From: a bacterium
Lineage (GTDB): Bacteria; UBA8248
Direction: 5' to 3'
DNA: 64,000 nucleotides
NCBI GenBank assembly: GCA_965221165.1
Contig: CBDCRP010000002.1
Location: forward strand, 1,088,001-1,152,000
Below the pieces are notes generated by a model that made no database searches, was not told the DNA's origin, and saw only the letters and a list, made by a program, of their open reading frames with translations. Positions 9,841-20,552 of this stretch are shown one piece after another (position 1 is the first letter of the stretch; each line of letters begins with the position of its first letter). The translations under genes were made by a program, and so were the position numbers.

Positions 9841-11157
9841 TTAGCCCCCTCCGGCGGAAGAAAGGATTGCCTCTCGATTATTCAGCAACCAAATGTTGGC
9901 TTCGTTTTTCATCTCAGGCGAAATAAAAACATGCTCATAAACTGACGTAACGTCTTCAAATGTTTCTTTCTCACTTGCTGCCTGTGCAATTCTTGTCCCT
10001 TGTACAAGAACTGGAAAATCACTTACGCTTCTGGTTTGAGTTTTCTCAACATGCTTCACATTTTTTTTACCAAATTTCTCGGATGCTGCTTCATATATTT
10101 TCTTTCCTGGTTCTAAGAGTTTTCTGTCTTCCGCAGTAGATCTGTAAATACTTCTGAAATGCCGGCGATTAACTATTCGATCTGCATGTATATGGGCGGG
10201 ATGCGACTTATTTTGGGCTATGGATAACATAGCGGATATTACTTCATTATCCGTATGTTTCAAATGCCCTTTGCAATCCGTTGGAAATTTCCCTCCTTCC
10301 AGCCAGGATTTCAAAAAATCCAATAAATGCTCATCATAAATGAGGCGGACAGGGTGAAAATAGATTTGAGAGAACATGAAGTATCGCGCAAGTAACAACG
10401 CCTCGGCGGATTCCAAACCGCCTTCCTCGACACCTAAAACCGGTTCCTGAGAACCGCCAGTTTCCTGTTTTGGCAATATCCTCATCGTGTCAATAAGGCG
10501 GTAATGATCAAATTTCCCGTAGGCAACCCCTGCGTGATATGAATCCCGCAACAGATAATCCATCCTGTCCGCCCCAAAAACATCCCCTGTGATAATTTCC
10601 GATAGAATATTCTCCCATTCATTAAGTTCAACTTTCAGATAGGCTTTCGATTTTTTGGGCCCAATCACTAATTTCGCTACATCTTCTGGCTGTACATGAA
10701 TTTGTCTCAAAATATCTGCTAACTCCCCGCCCAAAATTATTTCCATCGTCATACGCTCATGATCCCAATCTTCCGGTAACAATTCTTCTGAAACATGGGA
10801 AAATGGAAGATGTCCGAGATCATGACATAACGCCGCTAGTCTTAATGTTCTTCTCCAGCGGAGGTGATCAAATTGCCTATATATTGGGATAATATCTCTA
10901 ACAGATGCATACTGCTGATAAATATTTTCCGGATCCGTAACGACATCATATATCCTGCTCGCAAGCTCCATTACGCCAAGTGAATGTTCGAATCTCTTAT
11001 GTGTTGCGCCTGGGTAGACGAGATAGGTCAACGCCAATTGATGGATATGACGCAATCGTTGAAAGGGGGGCGAATCAAGAACTTTCCTTTCATCAGAATC
11101 CAGTCTGATGAAAACATGGATAGGATCTCGTATTTCGTGTGTTCTTTTATTCACCAT
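9841..11157 (-). CDS. HD-domain phosphohydrolase, SAMHD1/dNTP triphosphohydrolase-like
   Basis: RDPIH, FQRLRHIHQL, RFEHSLGV, HDLGHLPFSH, DRMDYLLRD, MFSQIYFH. Confidence 0.9.
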   Translation of the reverse strand: MVNKRTHEIRDPIHVFIRLDSDERKVLDSPPFQRLRHIHQLALTYLVYPGATHKRFEHSLGVMELASRIYDVVTDPENIYQQYASVRDIIPIYRQFDHLRWRRTLRLAALCHDLGHLPFSHVSEELLPEDWDHERMTMEIILGGELADILRQIHVQPEDVAKLVIGPKKSKAYLKVELNEWENILSEIITGDVFGADRMDYLLRDSYHAGVAYGKFDHYRLIDTMRILPKQETGGSQEPVLGVEEGGLESAEALLLARYFMFSQIYFHPVRLIYDEHLLDFLKSWLEGGKFPTDCKGHLKHTDNEVISAMLSIAQNKSHPAHIHADRIVNRRHFRSIYRSTAEDRKLLEPGKKIYEAASEKFGKKNVKHVEKTQTRSVSDFPVLVQGTRIAQAASEKETFEDVTSVYEHVFISPEMKNEANIWLLNNREAILSSAGGG

Positions 11158-11306
11158 ACTATAGCTGTATCATACTTTCGTATTTTTGTCGCCATCTTAG
11201 CTTTAAGTTTCGTACTCGGCAAGTCGAGAAAGCAAAGGCGAAGACAACTTAAGGGTGGGCAGAATCATCATAATATATGTTCATGACAGAAAATTAATCC
11301 TCCCCC

Positions 11307-11834
11307 TCACGTCACGGGCGGTATCTCGAAGGCGTTGAGCGTCAAGGAGATGGCCGAGTAAAAGCCCACGAGGGCGGTGAGGTCGACCACGCCCTTCTCT
11401 CCGAGCATAGAAAAAGCCTCCTGATAGGCGGCGTCCGACACTTTTCGGGTCTTGAGCAATTCCGTGCAATACCGGTGAACGCAGAGCTCGAGAGCGGTGC
11501 CCTCGGTAGGCGTCTCGCCCGCCATCACGGCGGCCACGAGCCCAGGCGTCAGCCCGCCGGCAAGGGCCTGCGCCTCGTGCGCGGCGTAGGCGTAGGTCGC
11601 TCCCCAGTGGCGCGTGGTGATGAGGATGGTGAGTTCGCGGATGTCTTCGGTGATGACGCTTTCCTCATAATAAAACTTCATGAGGCCGCGCAGGGCGGTG
11701 ACGAGGCCCGGGCTGCGCACCCAGACGCCGAAAGGCCCGCGCACGCCGCCGCGCTGGTGGGCGATGAGTTCCTCATACGCATCTCTTTGACGGGGCGGCA
11801 TACTGTCGGGTTCAAGCGGTGCGAGACGGCTCAT
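11307..11834 (-). CDS. Carboxymuconolactone decarboxylase (CMD/AhpD-like) family protein
   Basis: RGPFGVW, RELTIL, AH...A...G, GVVDLTALVGFY; start MSRLAP after AGGAG. Confidence 0.8.
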   Translation of the reverse strand: MSRLAPLEPDSMPPRQRDAYEELIAHQRGGVRGPFGVWVRSPGLVTALRGLMKFYYEESVITEDIRELTILITTRHWGATYAYAAHEAQALAGGLTPGLVAAVMAGETPTEGTALELCVHRYCTELLKTRKVSDAAYQEAFSMLGEKGVVDLTALVGFYSAISLTLNAFEIPPVT

Positions 11835-11922
11835 ACGCGATTCTCCTTTCAGCGTCGTTTGTCCAGAAATTTTGCTATAGTGGCGAAAACATCCGTTTCT
11901 TTCATTCCTAGCGAGGTATCTC

Positions 11923-12348
11923 ATGAACTTCGAAGATGCAAGACCGTTTATGGAGAAAAACCACAAGGGCATGGTCACGACCTTAAGGCCGGACGGCTCG
12001 GCGCAATCGAGCATCATCGTATGCGGGGCGCATGAGGATTGCGCCGCGTTCGTCATCGTGCGCGGTCATTCGGTGAAGCTCAAGAACCTGCGCGCGAACC
12101 CCCAATGCACGGTGCTCTACGTCACCCCCGACTGGCGCACATGGGTGAGCGTGGAGGGCACTGCCAGATTGTTCGACTATGCGAACACCGAAAAAGAGCA
12201 GATGCGCGTGATGTTCCGCGAGGTGTTTCGCGCCTGCGGGGATTCGGACCATCCCGACTGGGAGGAATACGACCGGGCGATGGTGGACCAGGGCGCGGTC
12301 GCCGTGTTCGTCGATCCCCAGCGCGTCTACGGGCGTCTGCCGGCTTAA
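11923..12348 (+). CDS. Pyridoxamine-5'-phosphate oxidase-like (PPOX class, possibly F420-dependent) protein
   Basis: TLRPDGSAQSS, KLKNLRANP, WVSVEGTA, HPDWEEYDRAM. Confidence 0.8.
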   Translation: MNFEDARPFMEKNHKGMVTTLRPDGSAQSSIIVCGAHEDCAAFVIVRGHSVKLKNLRANPQCTVLYVTPDWRTWVSVEGTARLFDYANTEKEQMRVMFREVFRACGDSDHPDWEEYDRAMVDQGAVAVFVDPQRVYGRLPA

Positions 12349-13274
12349 AGATTCAGGGATTCCACGAAGGCGGCGACGCCCGCATCGAGAGTATATCGGG
12401 GCCGCCAGCCGGTTTTTCGCTCAAACGCGCGCGCGTCCAGACCGATTCTGAACACCTCGCCCGCACGCAGGGGCTCGCGCTTTACGTCCACGGGTTTTTC
12501 GCCCATATGGCGGCAGAGGACTTCCAGCAGCGTTTCCACGTCGGTGACGACGCCGGTGCCGATGTTGTAGGCCCCGCCGTCCGCACCGCCCTTCGCCGCC
12601 GCCATGAACGCCTCGACCACGTCTTTCACGTAGACGTAATCGCGCCCCGCGCGTCCGTGCCCATAGAGAGTAAGGGACTCAGCCTTCGCTAGCTTTTCCA
12701 CAAAGATCGATATTACGCCCGCGTCCAGGTCCGCGCGCTGCCCCGGCCCGTAGACGTTGGCGAGGCGAAGCGATACGACACGCAGCCCGAAGTACTCCCC
12801 GTAGAAAACGAGATACCGCTCGCCCGTCACCTTGCTCATCCCGTAGTGGGAAGCGGGGGCGAGCGGGCAGCCCTCGTCCACCATCTCGTCTTCGGGGTCG
12901 CCGTAGCACGCCCCGCCCGTGGCGGCGTAGACGACTCTCGGCGGCGTATCCATGCTCCTGGCCGCCTCCAAGACGCCGAGCGTACCCATGACGTTCACGC
13001 GCGCGTCTCGTAAGGGTTCGGCCAGGCTGCGCGTCACGCTCGCCTGGGCCGCCAGATGGTGGATGACGGCGGGACGCATCTCTTCCACCAGACGGCGCAT
13101 GAACTCCGCATCCGCCACGTCGCCCTCTTGAAATACGACTCCCGAGGGGAGGTTCTTCGCTGAGCCTGACGCGAGATTATCCACCACCCACACGGAATCG
13201 CCTGCTTCCAAGCAGGCCTCCGCCACATGGCTGCCGATGAAACCGGCGCCTCCCGTCACCAACACGTTCGCCAT
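12345..13274 (-). CDS. NAD-dependent epimerase (UDP-glucose 4-epimerase-like)
   Basis: VLVTGGAGFIGSH, HLAAQ, YGMSK, NVYGP. Confidence 0.9.
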   Translation of the reverse strand: MANVLVTGGAGFIGSHVAEACLEAGDSVWVVDNLASGSAKNLPSGVVFQEGDVADAEFMRRLVEEMRPAVIHHLAAQASVTRSLAEPLRDARVNVMGTLGVLEAARSMDTPPRVVYAATGGACYGDPEDEMVDEGCPLAPASHYGMSKVTGERYLVFYGEYFGLRVVSLRLANVYGPGQRADLDAGVISIFVEKLAKAESLTLYGHGRAGRDYVYVKDVVEAFMAAAKGGADGGAYNIGTGVVTDVETLLEVLCRHMGEKPVDVKREPLRAGEVFRIGLDARAFERKTGWRPRYTLDAGVAAFVESLNL

Positions 13275-13496
13275 CTGAAATCCCAACCCATGTCATATCA
13301 AAATGCGGCAATTGATCGATAAGCCAACCATTGCGGATCACGGCGTGAATTTCAACCACAAACCCCGCTTTGCCGGAGAAGACTTGAAGACGCCCAGATA
13401 CGCGCGGTTGCGCTGGTCGTTTTGCCTGAACCCACCCGTCTTGATAGCCTAGCGTCGGTTCAGGCGCAAATGATTTTTAAGGGGAGGGAATCCGGA

Positions 13497-14492
13497 TTGG
13501 CCAAATATCTCGTCACGGGCGCTGCGGGTTTCATCGCGTCCAGGGTGTGTGAACTGCTGATGGATGCGGGCCACGGCGTCATCGGCCTGGACGATATGAA
13601 CGACGCCTACGACACCCGGCTGAAACACTACCGCCTCGCGCGCTTAAAGGCGCAGCCGGGCTTCTTTTTTCATGAAATGGACGTCACCCGGCTCGACCTC
13701 CTGCGTGAATTGTTTGCAGAAAACGCCGCAAGCGGCGCGCCGCCTTTCGACGCCGTCCTGAACCTGGCCGCGCGCGCAGGCGTGCGGCAATCCATCGAGA
13801 ATCCCTGGGCGTATTTCGAGACCAACGTCACCGGGACGCTGAACCTGCTGGAATTGTGCAAGGATTTCGGCGTCGTGAAGTTCGTGCTCGCCTCGACTTC
13901 GAGCGCCTACGGGGCGGAGGCGCCCATGCCGTTTCGAGAAGACGCCGCAACCGACAAGCCGCTGTCTCCCTATGCGGCTTCCAAGAAAGCGGCCGAGACG
14001 CTCTGCCACACCTACCACCATCTGTTCGGAATCGACACGACGGTGCTGCGCTATTTCACCGTCTACGGCCCGGCCGGGCGGCCCGACATGAGCCTTTTCC
14101 GCTTCACGCAGTGGATAGCCGAGGGAAAGCCCGTTCTCGTCTATGGGGACGGGACGCAGGAGCGCGATTTCACCTACGTGGACGACGTCGCCCGGGGCAC
14201 GGTTGCGGCCTTGAAGCCGGTTTCCTATGAAATCATCAACTTGGGATCCGATGAACCCGTCGTCCTGAACGAGGCAATCGCCCGCATCGAGGCGCTGGTG
14301 GAGAAAAAAGCCCGAATCCGCCACGAGGAGAGAAACCCCGCCGACGTCAAGGCCACGTGGGCGAACATCGACAAGGCGGAGAGGCTCCTGGGCTGGCGGC
14401 CCCGGGTGAGGCTCGCGGAGGGCCTCGCGCATCTGGTGGAATGGTACGCCGCCAACCGCGAATGGGCGAAAGACATCAGAACCGACGAGTGA
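13497..14492 (+). CDS. NAD-dependent epimerase (UDP-glucuronate 4-epimerase-like)
   Basis: LVTGAAGFI, LAARAGVR, YAASKKA, FTVYGPAGRPDM, RDFTYVDD; TTG start after GGAGG. Confidence 0.88.
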   Translation: MAKYLVTGAAGFIASRVCELLMDAGHGVIGLDDMNDAYDTRLKHYRLARLKAQPGFFFHEMDVTRLDLLRELFAENAASGAPPFDAVLNLAARAGVRQSIENPWAYFETNVTGTLNLLELCKDFGVVKFVLASTSSAYGAEAPMPFREDAATDKPLSPYAASKKAAETLCHTYHHLFGIDTTVLRYFTVYGPAGRPDMSLFRFTQWIAEGKPVLVYGDGTQERDFTYVDDVARGTVAALKPVSYEIINLGSDEPVVLNEAIARIEALVEKKARIRHEERNPADVKATWANIDKAERLLGWRPRVRLAEGLAHLVEWYAANREWAKDIRTDE

Positions 14493-14628
14493 AACCCCTT
14501 CGTCCCGATGCACCGCGCGATGCGCGCAAATTTCTGAGCTTCGGTGATTTTCCGCCGCGCGTTACCCCTCCAGGGCGTGATGCTCTACACTAGCCGAAAA
14601 ACTTCACCCACTACCGGCAGGAGACGAC

Positions 14629-15669
14629 ATGAAGGCGATGGTATTGTCGGAACCGGGCGCACCGTTCGTCCTGGAGGAGAGGCCCATCCCCGTAGCGGGA
14701 CCGGGCGAGGCCGTGGCGCGCGTGCTGGCCTGCGGTGCGGGACTTACCATTGAACACACGCGCGCGGGCCGCATGGGCGGGAATTTCCCGCTCGTGATAG
14801 GCCACGAAATCACGGGCGAGATCACGCAAGTGGGCGCGGGCGTGGATGGACTCCGGGAAGGCGCGCCCGTGACGGCGTATTACTATTTCACCTGCGGGCG
14901 CTGCCGCTGGTGCCGCGTGAACCGCGAGACCTTGTGCGAGAATCTCGCCGGTCAGGTAGGCCGCCAGATGGACGGGGGCTACGCCGAGTACATCAAGCTG
15001 CCCGCCCGGAATTTCATACCCCTGCCCGAGGGACTGGACTACAAGGCGCACCCCGCCGAGGTCGGCGTCATCTCGGACGCCATAGCCACGCCGTACAAGG
15101 TGCTCGGCCACGCGGGAATCCGCCCGATGGAGAACGTGGCCGTGGTGGGCGCGGGCGGCGGCGTGGGAATCCACATGGTGATGATGGCGCGCTGGGCGGG
15201 CGCGCGCGTCATCGCCGTCGATATCGCGGCGGATAAGCTGGGCAAATGCCGCGACATGGGCGCGCACGATACGGTGGATGCGTCCAAAGAGAGCTTAGGC
15301 GAGGCGCTGCGCGATTTGACCGGGGGCGCGGGTGTGGACGTCGTCGTCGATTTCGTCTGCACCGCCGAAGGGGTGGAAGGCGGCCTGCGCGGCCTGGGCA
15401 AGGGGGGACGCTTCCTCGCCATGGGAGCCAACCAGATAGAGCGGTTTCCCTTCTCCCCCCGGGAACTGCTTCGCGAGGAGCAGCAGATCATGGGCAGCCG
15501 CTACGCCACCAGGCAGGAGGTGATCGACTCGCTCGAACTCGTGGCGCGCGGCGAGGCCTGGCCGCTGGTGAGCGAGACCTACCCGCTCGAAGAGGCCAAC
15601 CTCGTGCACGAACGACTGAAAGAGGGCCGCGTCACCGGGCGCGCCGCTCTCGTGATGTCTCCCGCATAG
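14629..15669 (+). CDS. Zinc-binding (MDR) alcohol dehydrogenase
   Basis: GHEITG, CGRCRWC...C structural zinc motif, GAGGGVG. Confidence 0.9.
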   Translation: MKAMVLSEPGAPFVLEERPIPVAGPGEAVARVLACGAGLTIEHTRAGRMGGNFPLVIGHEITGEITQVGAGVDGLREGAPVTAYYYFTCGRCRWCRVNRETLCENLAGQVGRQMDGGYAEYIKLPARNFIPLPEGLDYKAHPAEVGVISDAIATPYKVLGHAGIRPMENVAVVGAGGGVGIHMVMMARWAGARVIAVDIAADKLGKCRDMGAHDTVDASKESLGEALRDLTGGAGVDVVVDFVCTAEGVEGGLRGLGKGGRFLAMGANQIERFPFSPRELLREEQQIMGSRYATRQEVIDSLELVARGEAWPLVSETYPLEEANLVHERLKEGRVTGRAALVMSPA

Positions 15670-15777
15670 GAGGCGCTTTATTCAAGGGATGGCGGGATGG
15701 ATTGCCGTGCCGACCGAGGAGGTCGATTCTTCCTTCCCCAGGAAGAATCGTGCTTAGCCGGAGATGGATATTCCTTT

Positions 15778-15921
15778 GTAGGGGCCGCATATATGCGGCC
15801 CTATATTCGTGCTCGTAGGGGGTGTTCGTAAACGTGGGGCGTTCACGAACGCCCCACTACGGATGCCCCGTCGGCGCAGGAGGTCCGCCTCCTGCAAGGG
15901 ACGCATATATGCGTCCCCTAC
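15778..15921. repeat. Cluster of three GTAG-type REP-like palindromes between convergent genes
   Basis: GTAGGGGCCGCATATATGCGGCCCTA at 15778; GTAGGGGG...GGGGCGTTCACGAACGCCCC..CTAC at 15815-15860; inverted copy AGGGACGCATATATGCGTCCCCTAC at 15897-15921. Confidence 0.8.
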
Positions 15922-15962
15922 AAGGGCATCTTCCCTGCCTGCGCACGGAGCCGCAAGGTCGG

Positions 15963-17417
15963 TCAATCCGCATTCAGCGCCTCCCTCCCGAAACGCTCGA
16001 TTACCTCCAGCGTCTCGCGCACGTCGTCCCAGGTCGTATTATGATTGATGATGCAGAACCTGAGCGCGAACTTCCCCTTGAGAAGCGTCGATGAGAAGAA
16101 CGCCTTGTCGTCCCAGAAGATGCGCGCGAGAACCGTCCTGTTGACCTCCTCCAACGTTCTCTCTTCGAGGCCCGCATCCCCCGGATTGACCCGGAAGCAC
16201 ACGATTCCCAGCGAGACGGGCGTCAGCATCTCCAGATGCGGGCTCTCGCGAACGTACTCCTCGGCTTGTACGGCCAGTTCCATGCCCTTCGAGACGGCTC
16301 GGCGGAACGCGACCATCCCGAAGGTCTGAACCGACATCCAGACTTTCAAGGCCCGGAAGGAGCGGCTCAGTTGCAGGCCGCGATCCGAGAAGTTCGGGTG
16401 GTTCGCGCCCCATATCGTGTCCTGGAGAATGTCGTGCCGCACCGCGAAGGCGCGCTCAAGCGTGCTCACGTCCTTCACGAGCAAGGCGCCCGCCTCGTAG
16501 GGCTGAAAAAACCACTTGTGCGCGTCCATTCCGATGGAATCGGCGCGCTCCATGCCGCGCATGAGTTCCTTGCCCCGCTCGGTCACGACCGCGAAGCCGC
16601 CGTAGGCGGCGTCGACGTGCAGCCAGATGTCTTCCGCCTCGCAGAAATCCGCCATCCCTTCGAGCGGGTCGACCGCTCCCGTGCTGACCGCTCCGGCGTT
16701 GGCGCACACCGCGATGGGGTGAAGCCCCGCCGCGCGATCTTCGGCCACGGCGCGAGCGAGCGCCTCCAAATCCAGGCGGAAATCTCCGTCGCTCGGGAGC
16801 AACCTGATGCGCTCGGGCCGAATGCCGATGATCCGCGCCGCGCGGATGTGCGCGCTGTGGCTCTGGTCGCTCATGTACACGCTCGCTCGCTCGGGATCAC
16901 CCGCCGCTTCGCGCGCCGCGACGAAGGCGTCCAGGCTGGCCGCCGAACCCCCGCTCGTGAAAAGCCCGCCCGCGCCCTCTGGATAGCCGACCCAGCGACG
17001 CAGCCAGTCGATGACGACCAGTTCAACCTGGCTCGGGCCGCTCGCGATGAGCCAGGTGGCCGAGTTGACGTTGAAGCCCGCGGCCAGGAAGTCGGCCAGC
17101 ACCCCAGGCCAAGTAGGCGCAGAGGAGACGAACCCGAAGGAACGGGGGTGGTCCAACCGAAGCGCGAGCGGGAGAATATCGCGCGCGGCACGCTCCATCA
17201 CCTCTATCGCCGGCTTCCCGTCCTCGGGCGGAGCCTCCAACAGTTGCTTTTCGAGCTCCTGCTGGAAATCTCCGTCCCACGCGCCTCCTTCGCCCAGATT
17301 CTCGGCTCGCTCCACCAGAATTTCCGCCGCCCTGCGCGCGAGAGCCAGCATCTCCTGGGGCGCCATCTGGAGACCATGGTCTCCCGGGCCAGACGCTTCT
17401 CTTCTTGAGTCTTCCAT
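15963..17417 (-). CDS. Pyridoxal-dependent (group II) amino-acid decarboxylase
   Basis: FTSGGS, HSAH, WLHVDAAYGG, DAHKWFFQPY PLP-lysine motif; start uncertain. Confidence 0.9.
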   Translation of the reverse strand: MEDSRREASGPGDHGLQMAPQEMLALARRAAEILVERAENLGEGGAWDGDFQQELEKQLLEAPPEDGKPAIEVMERAARDILPLALRLDHPRSFGFVSSAPTWPGVLADFLAAGFNVNSATWLIASGPSQVELVVIDWLRRWVGYPEGAGGLFTSGGSAASLDAFVAAREAAGDPERASVYMSDQSHSAHIRAARIIGIRPERIRLLPSDGDFRLDLEALARAVAEDRAAGLHPIAVCANAGAVSTGAVDPLEGMADFCEAEDIWLHVDAAYGGFAVVTERGKELMRGMERADSIGMDAHKWFFQPYEAGALLVKDVSTLERAFAVRHDILQDTIWGANHPNFSDRGLQLSRSFRALKVWMSVQTFGMVAFRRAVSKGMELAVQAEEYVRESPHLEMLTPVSLGIVCFRVNPGDAGLEERTLEEVNRTVLARIFWDDKAFFSSTLLKGKFALRFCIINHNTTWDDVRETLEVIERFGREALNAD

Positions 17418-17473
17418 CGAGCCTCTCCAATCGTCCCAGAATAATTTGGAACACATAACGGGTCCGATGGCAC

Positions 17474-17504
17474 AAAAAGAAAATGGAGCCCTCGTTGCTC
17501 CATT
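17474..17504 (-). terminator. Intrinsic terminator-like hairpin in the decarboxylase leader
   Basis: AATGGAGC/GCTCCATT 8-bp stem followed on the minus strand by TTCTTTTT. Confidence 0.45.
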
Positions 17505-17885
17505 CCCACCTTGGTTCGGAACCCGATCACATGAATATAAGACATTCTTTCCGATTGTATGTCCCGAAACTATGATTGATTCAGATCATCGGGTCAAGCT
17601 AACGCCCGGGATTCCCTTTCCCGCCGGGCGCTCGAAAGGATATGGAACCGGAAACACACCATGAGTTGCGAAATCCGGCGATATTTTATACACTTGTGCG
17701 GCGAATTCCATGGGGGGTGGTTCTTGCATGAGGCTACCGTCCGCCTGAGAATTGGCGGACCGGTATTGTGTTCATGCACCATGAGGTATTACGCTTGACG
17801 CACCAACTAAAACGCATCAAGCGCCCTCGGGGTTATTGGATCACTTATCGAAGAACTCTCAAGCTGGTAGGAGGCGAGATCGAGC

Positions 17886-18224
17886 ATGGAAATCAAGACT
17901 GAGCAGGAAAATGGAATCTTGGTTGTGCAGGTTGATGGCCGTATTGACGGCGCTACCGCCCCTGAATTCGAGGATACGATAAAGAACGTGATCACGGACG
18001 ATGAGCGCGCCGTGATCGTAAATTTCGAGGGCGTATCCTATATCAGCAGCGCCGGCCTACGCGCCGTCCTGCTGGTCGCCAAGCAGCTTAGTCAAAGCAA
18101 TACGAAGTTCGCGCTGTACTCGCTCGGGGATTTGACCCGCGAAGTTTTCGAGATATCCGGATTCGACCGCATCATCCAAATCCATGGCTCGAAGGACGAA
18201 GCGCTCACCGCGACAGGAAGCTGA
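17886..18224 (+). CDS. STAS-domain anti-sigma factor antagonist (RsbV/SpoIIAA-like)
   Basis: GRID, YISSAGLR phospho-Ser motif, EVFEISGFD. Confidence 0.92.
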   Translation: MEIKTEQENGILVVQVDGRIDGATAPEFEDTIKNVITDDERAVIVNFEGVSYISSAGLRAVLLVAKQLSQSNTKFALYSLGDLTREVFEISGFDRIIQIHGSKDEALTATGS

Positions 18225-18365
18225 CGACCTCAAAGCAGGAACCGGGAAACACTTCTCCCGACGTCTCGCTCGATAGATTGGCGCGTCGCGGCTTTCGCCG
18301 CGATGGCAATCCCTATCCTGATTCGGAATTTCCTCAAACCTTGCTGAACGGGAATTGGAAGGAGA

Positions 18366-20552
18366 TTACCGGGGCAACTCGATGATCATTTCCGTAAATT
18401 CATCGGGCTCGGTTTCGACTCGTATGTTTCCCCCGTGCTGACGAATGATGTCGCTGGAAAGTGAAAGGCCGAGGCCCGTGCCCCTGTCCGTCGGCTTGGT
18501 CGTGAAGAAGGGGTTGAATATCTTCTCGGCGACCTCGGGCGGCATTCCGCTTCCGTTGTCGCGAATGCGGATTTCGATGCGATCCGGCATGCACCGGGTA
18601 ACGAGGCGCAGGGTGGGATCGTAGCGCGGCGCATCTTCGCCGGCGGAAGCGGCGACCGTTTGTCGTTTCTGGTCGGTGGCGTAGCAGGCGTTGCTCACCA
18701 TGTTCAGGAAGACACGTCCCAAATCCTGGGAAACCGCTTCGTACTCCACCATATTCTCGTCAAAATCCTCCTCCAGCGTGAGGTTGAAATTCGGGTCGAC
18801 GGCACGGGCGCTGTGGTAGGCAAGCCGCGCGTGCTCGTTCAGCAGGTTGTTTATATTGGTCGGCTGGGCCTCGCCCGAGCCCCTGCCCATCTGGAGCATG
18901 CTCTGCACGATACTGTTCGCCCGCTCTCCATGTTCGCGGATGCGCTTGAGGTTGCCGGTGAGGTCTTCCCCGATTTCGTTGATGAGCTCGACCGGATCCT
19001 CCTCGCCCTGCTTTTTCTCCTCCTCCGCTTCCTGTCCATTTTTCTGCCCGTTACCGCCCGACGCCAATACTTTCTCCAACTCTTCGAGCAACTCTTCCAT
19101 CAGTTCTTCGGAAACTTCCGAGAAATTCTTGATGAAGTTCAACGGATTTCTGATCTCGTGGGCGACGCCCGCCGTCAGTTCGCCGAGCGCCGCCAGTTTT
19201 TCGCGCATGACGATCTGATCCTGCGCTTTCTCCAGATCGCCCAGCGCGCTTTCGAGCTCTTCGTTCTTGCCCTTGATCTCCTCGGCCAGCTTCTCCACCA
19301 GGTTCAGGCGCTGCACCTCCAAAGCGTGGCGGCGGAAGATTTCGAGCGCCGCTGCCATTTCCGCCACTTCGTCCTGCCCGCCGATATCGACTTTCTCCTC
19401 CAGGTCGCCGTCGGCCATGCGGCGCATGCGGTCCGAGAGCCGTCCGATCCGGCGCGACAGCACGCGGCCGATGAACAGCCAGCCGATCAGCACGGCGCCG
19501 ATAAAGCTGATGGCGCTCAGCGCGAGCAGGATGTTGCTGCCGGTGCTGACGGCCTGGGCGGAGTCCCGGGTGGCCTGCCGCGCGCTCTTGCGGGCCGTGC
19601 TCACCAGCGTTTCGGCGGCGGCCAGGATTTTCGCCTCCAAAGATTCGTGAAACGCGAGAAGCTCTCCCTGTTTCCTCTCGAGCGCCAGTTCACGCGCGCG
19701 CAGGTTGAAGCCCCCCTCCTCCCCGATGCTCAACTCGACCATCTGCTCGAAGAGCGGCTTGAGAGCGGCGCGCACCGGAACCTTTCCGAGCGCGTCCAGA
19801 CGCCGCCTGACGCCGCGCGCCGTGGCCTCGAACCGCTCGCTCAGCGGCTCGAGCAGGGCGGCGTCCGACACGCTGAAGGCGGTGGCGAGAAGCTGCGTGG
19901 CGATGGTGGCGTCCGACCTCAAACCGGCGATGTAGCGGTAGAGGTTGATTCCCTCTTCCGAGAAATGCCCGGCGCGGGGGACGGGCGCCTCCCCGATTTT
20001 GCTGTAGCCCGTCATCGCGTAGAACAACTGATCGTCAATGGCGGGAACCATGACGTTGTTCAGCTCCTTGCGCACCCATGTGAGTTGCAATTGCAGCGTA
20101 TCGCGCAGATCGGTGAGGTCGAAGCGCTGCAACACCAATTGTTTGATGGCTGCAAGGTTCTCGATCAGCACGTCGCCGAGCTTCTTGATGCGCAGGGAGA
20201 TTTCCTCGTTCCCTCCCTGGCGTATCAGCGCCGCCAGAGCGGTCTCGAACGCCTCCTGGTCCTTGGCGACCTCGGTGGCTATCTGGTCCAGATTGTCGGG
20301 ATTCACGATAGCGGCCAGGCGCGGCGCGGCGGCCACCAGGCCGCTGCTTTTCTGGGCGGTTTCGAAGGCGCTCGCCAGGAATGGAACGGTGCCCTCGTTC
20401 ACGCGGTTCTGCACCTGCGCCACGAAACCGAACGAGACCCATGCGACCACGCTCGCGATGACGGTGAGAGAAGCGGCGGTGCCGATGCTGAGGTAGAGTT
20501 GCGTCGATATCTTATAACGCTTGTCCAGGAGGTTTTTCAGCGCGCCTTTCAT
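18366..20552 (-). CDS. Membrane sensor histidine kinase (large helical periplasmic TorS-like sensor, HAMP, HisKA, HATPase)
   Basis: Two TM segments, [22 protein letters not shown]-box, N-box, DNGSG, FFTTK, GTGLGL. Confidence 0.9.
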   Translation of the reverse strand: MKGALKNLLDKRYKISTQLYLSIGTAASLTVIASVVAWVSFGFVAQVQNRVNEGTVPFLASAFETAQKSSGLVAAAPRLAAIVNPDNLDQIATEVAKDQEAFETALAALIRQGGNEEISLRIKKLGDVLIENLAAIKQLVLQRFDLTDLRDTLQLQLTWVRKELNNVMVPAIDDQLFYAMTGYSKIGEAPVPRAGHFSEEGINLYRYIAGLRSDATIATQLLATAFSVSDAALLEPLSERFEATARGVRRRLDALGKVPVRAALKPLFEQMVELSIGEEGGFNLRARELALERKQGELLAFHESLEAKILAAAETLVSTARKSARQATRDSAQAVSTGSNILLALSAISFIGAVLIGWLFIGRVLSRRIGRLSDRMRRMADGDLEEKVDIGGQDEVAEMAAALEIFRRHALEVQRLNLVEKLAEEIKGKNEELESALGDLEKAQDQIVMREKLAALGELTAGVAHEIRNPLNFIKNFSEVSEELMEELLEELEKVLASGGNGQKNGQEAEEEKKQGEEDPVELINEIGEDLTGNLKRIREHGERANSIVQSMLQMGRGSGEAQPTNINNLLNEHARLAYHSARAVDPNFNLTLEEDFDENMVEYEAVSQDLGRVFLNMVSNACYATDQKRQTVAASAGEDAPRYDPTLRLVTRCMPDRIEIRIRDNGSGMPPEVAEKIFNPFFTTKPTDRGTGLGLSLSSDIIRQHGGNIRVETEPDEFTEMIIELPR

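Noticed and set aside
15778-15921. Possible CRISPR array
   Set aside because: Repeats are inverted and of mixed classes with no regular spacers or cas genes; they fit REP elements
18286-18303. Hairpin TCGCGGC-TTTC-GCCGCGA between convergent STAS and kinase genes
   Set aside because: No U-tract on either strand, so too weak to call a terminator
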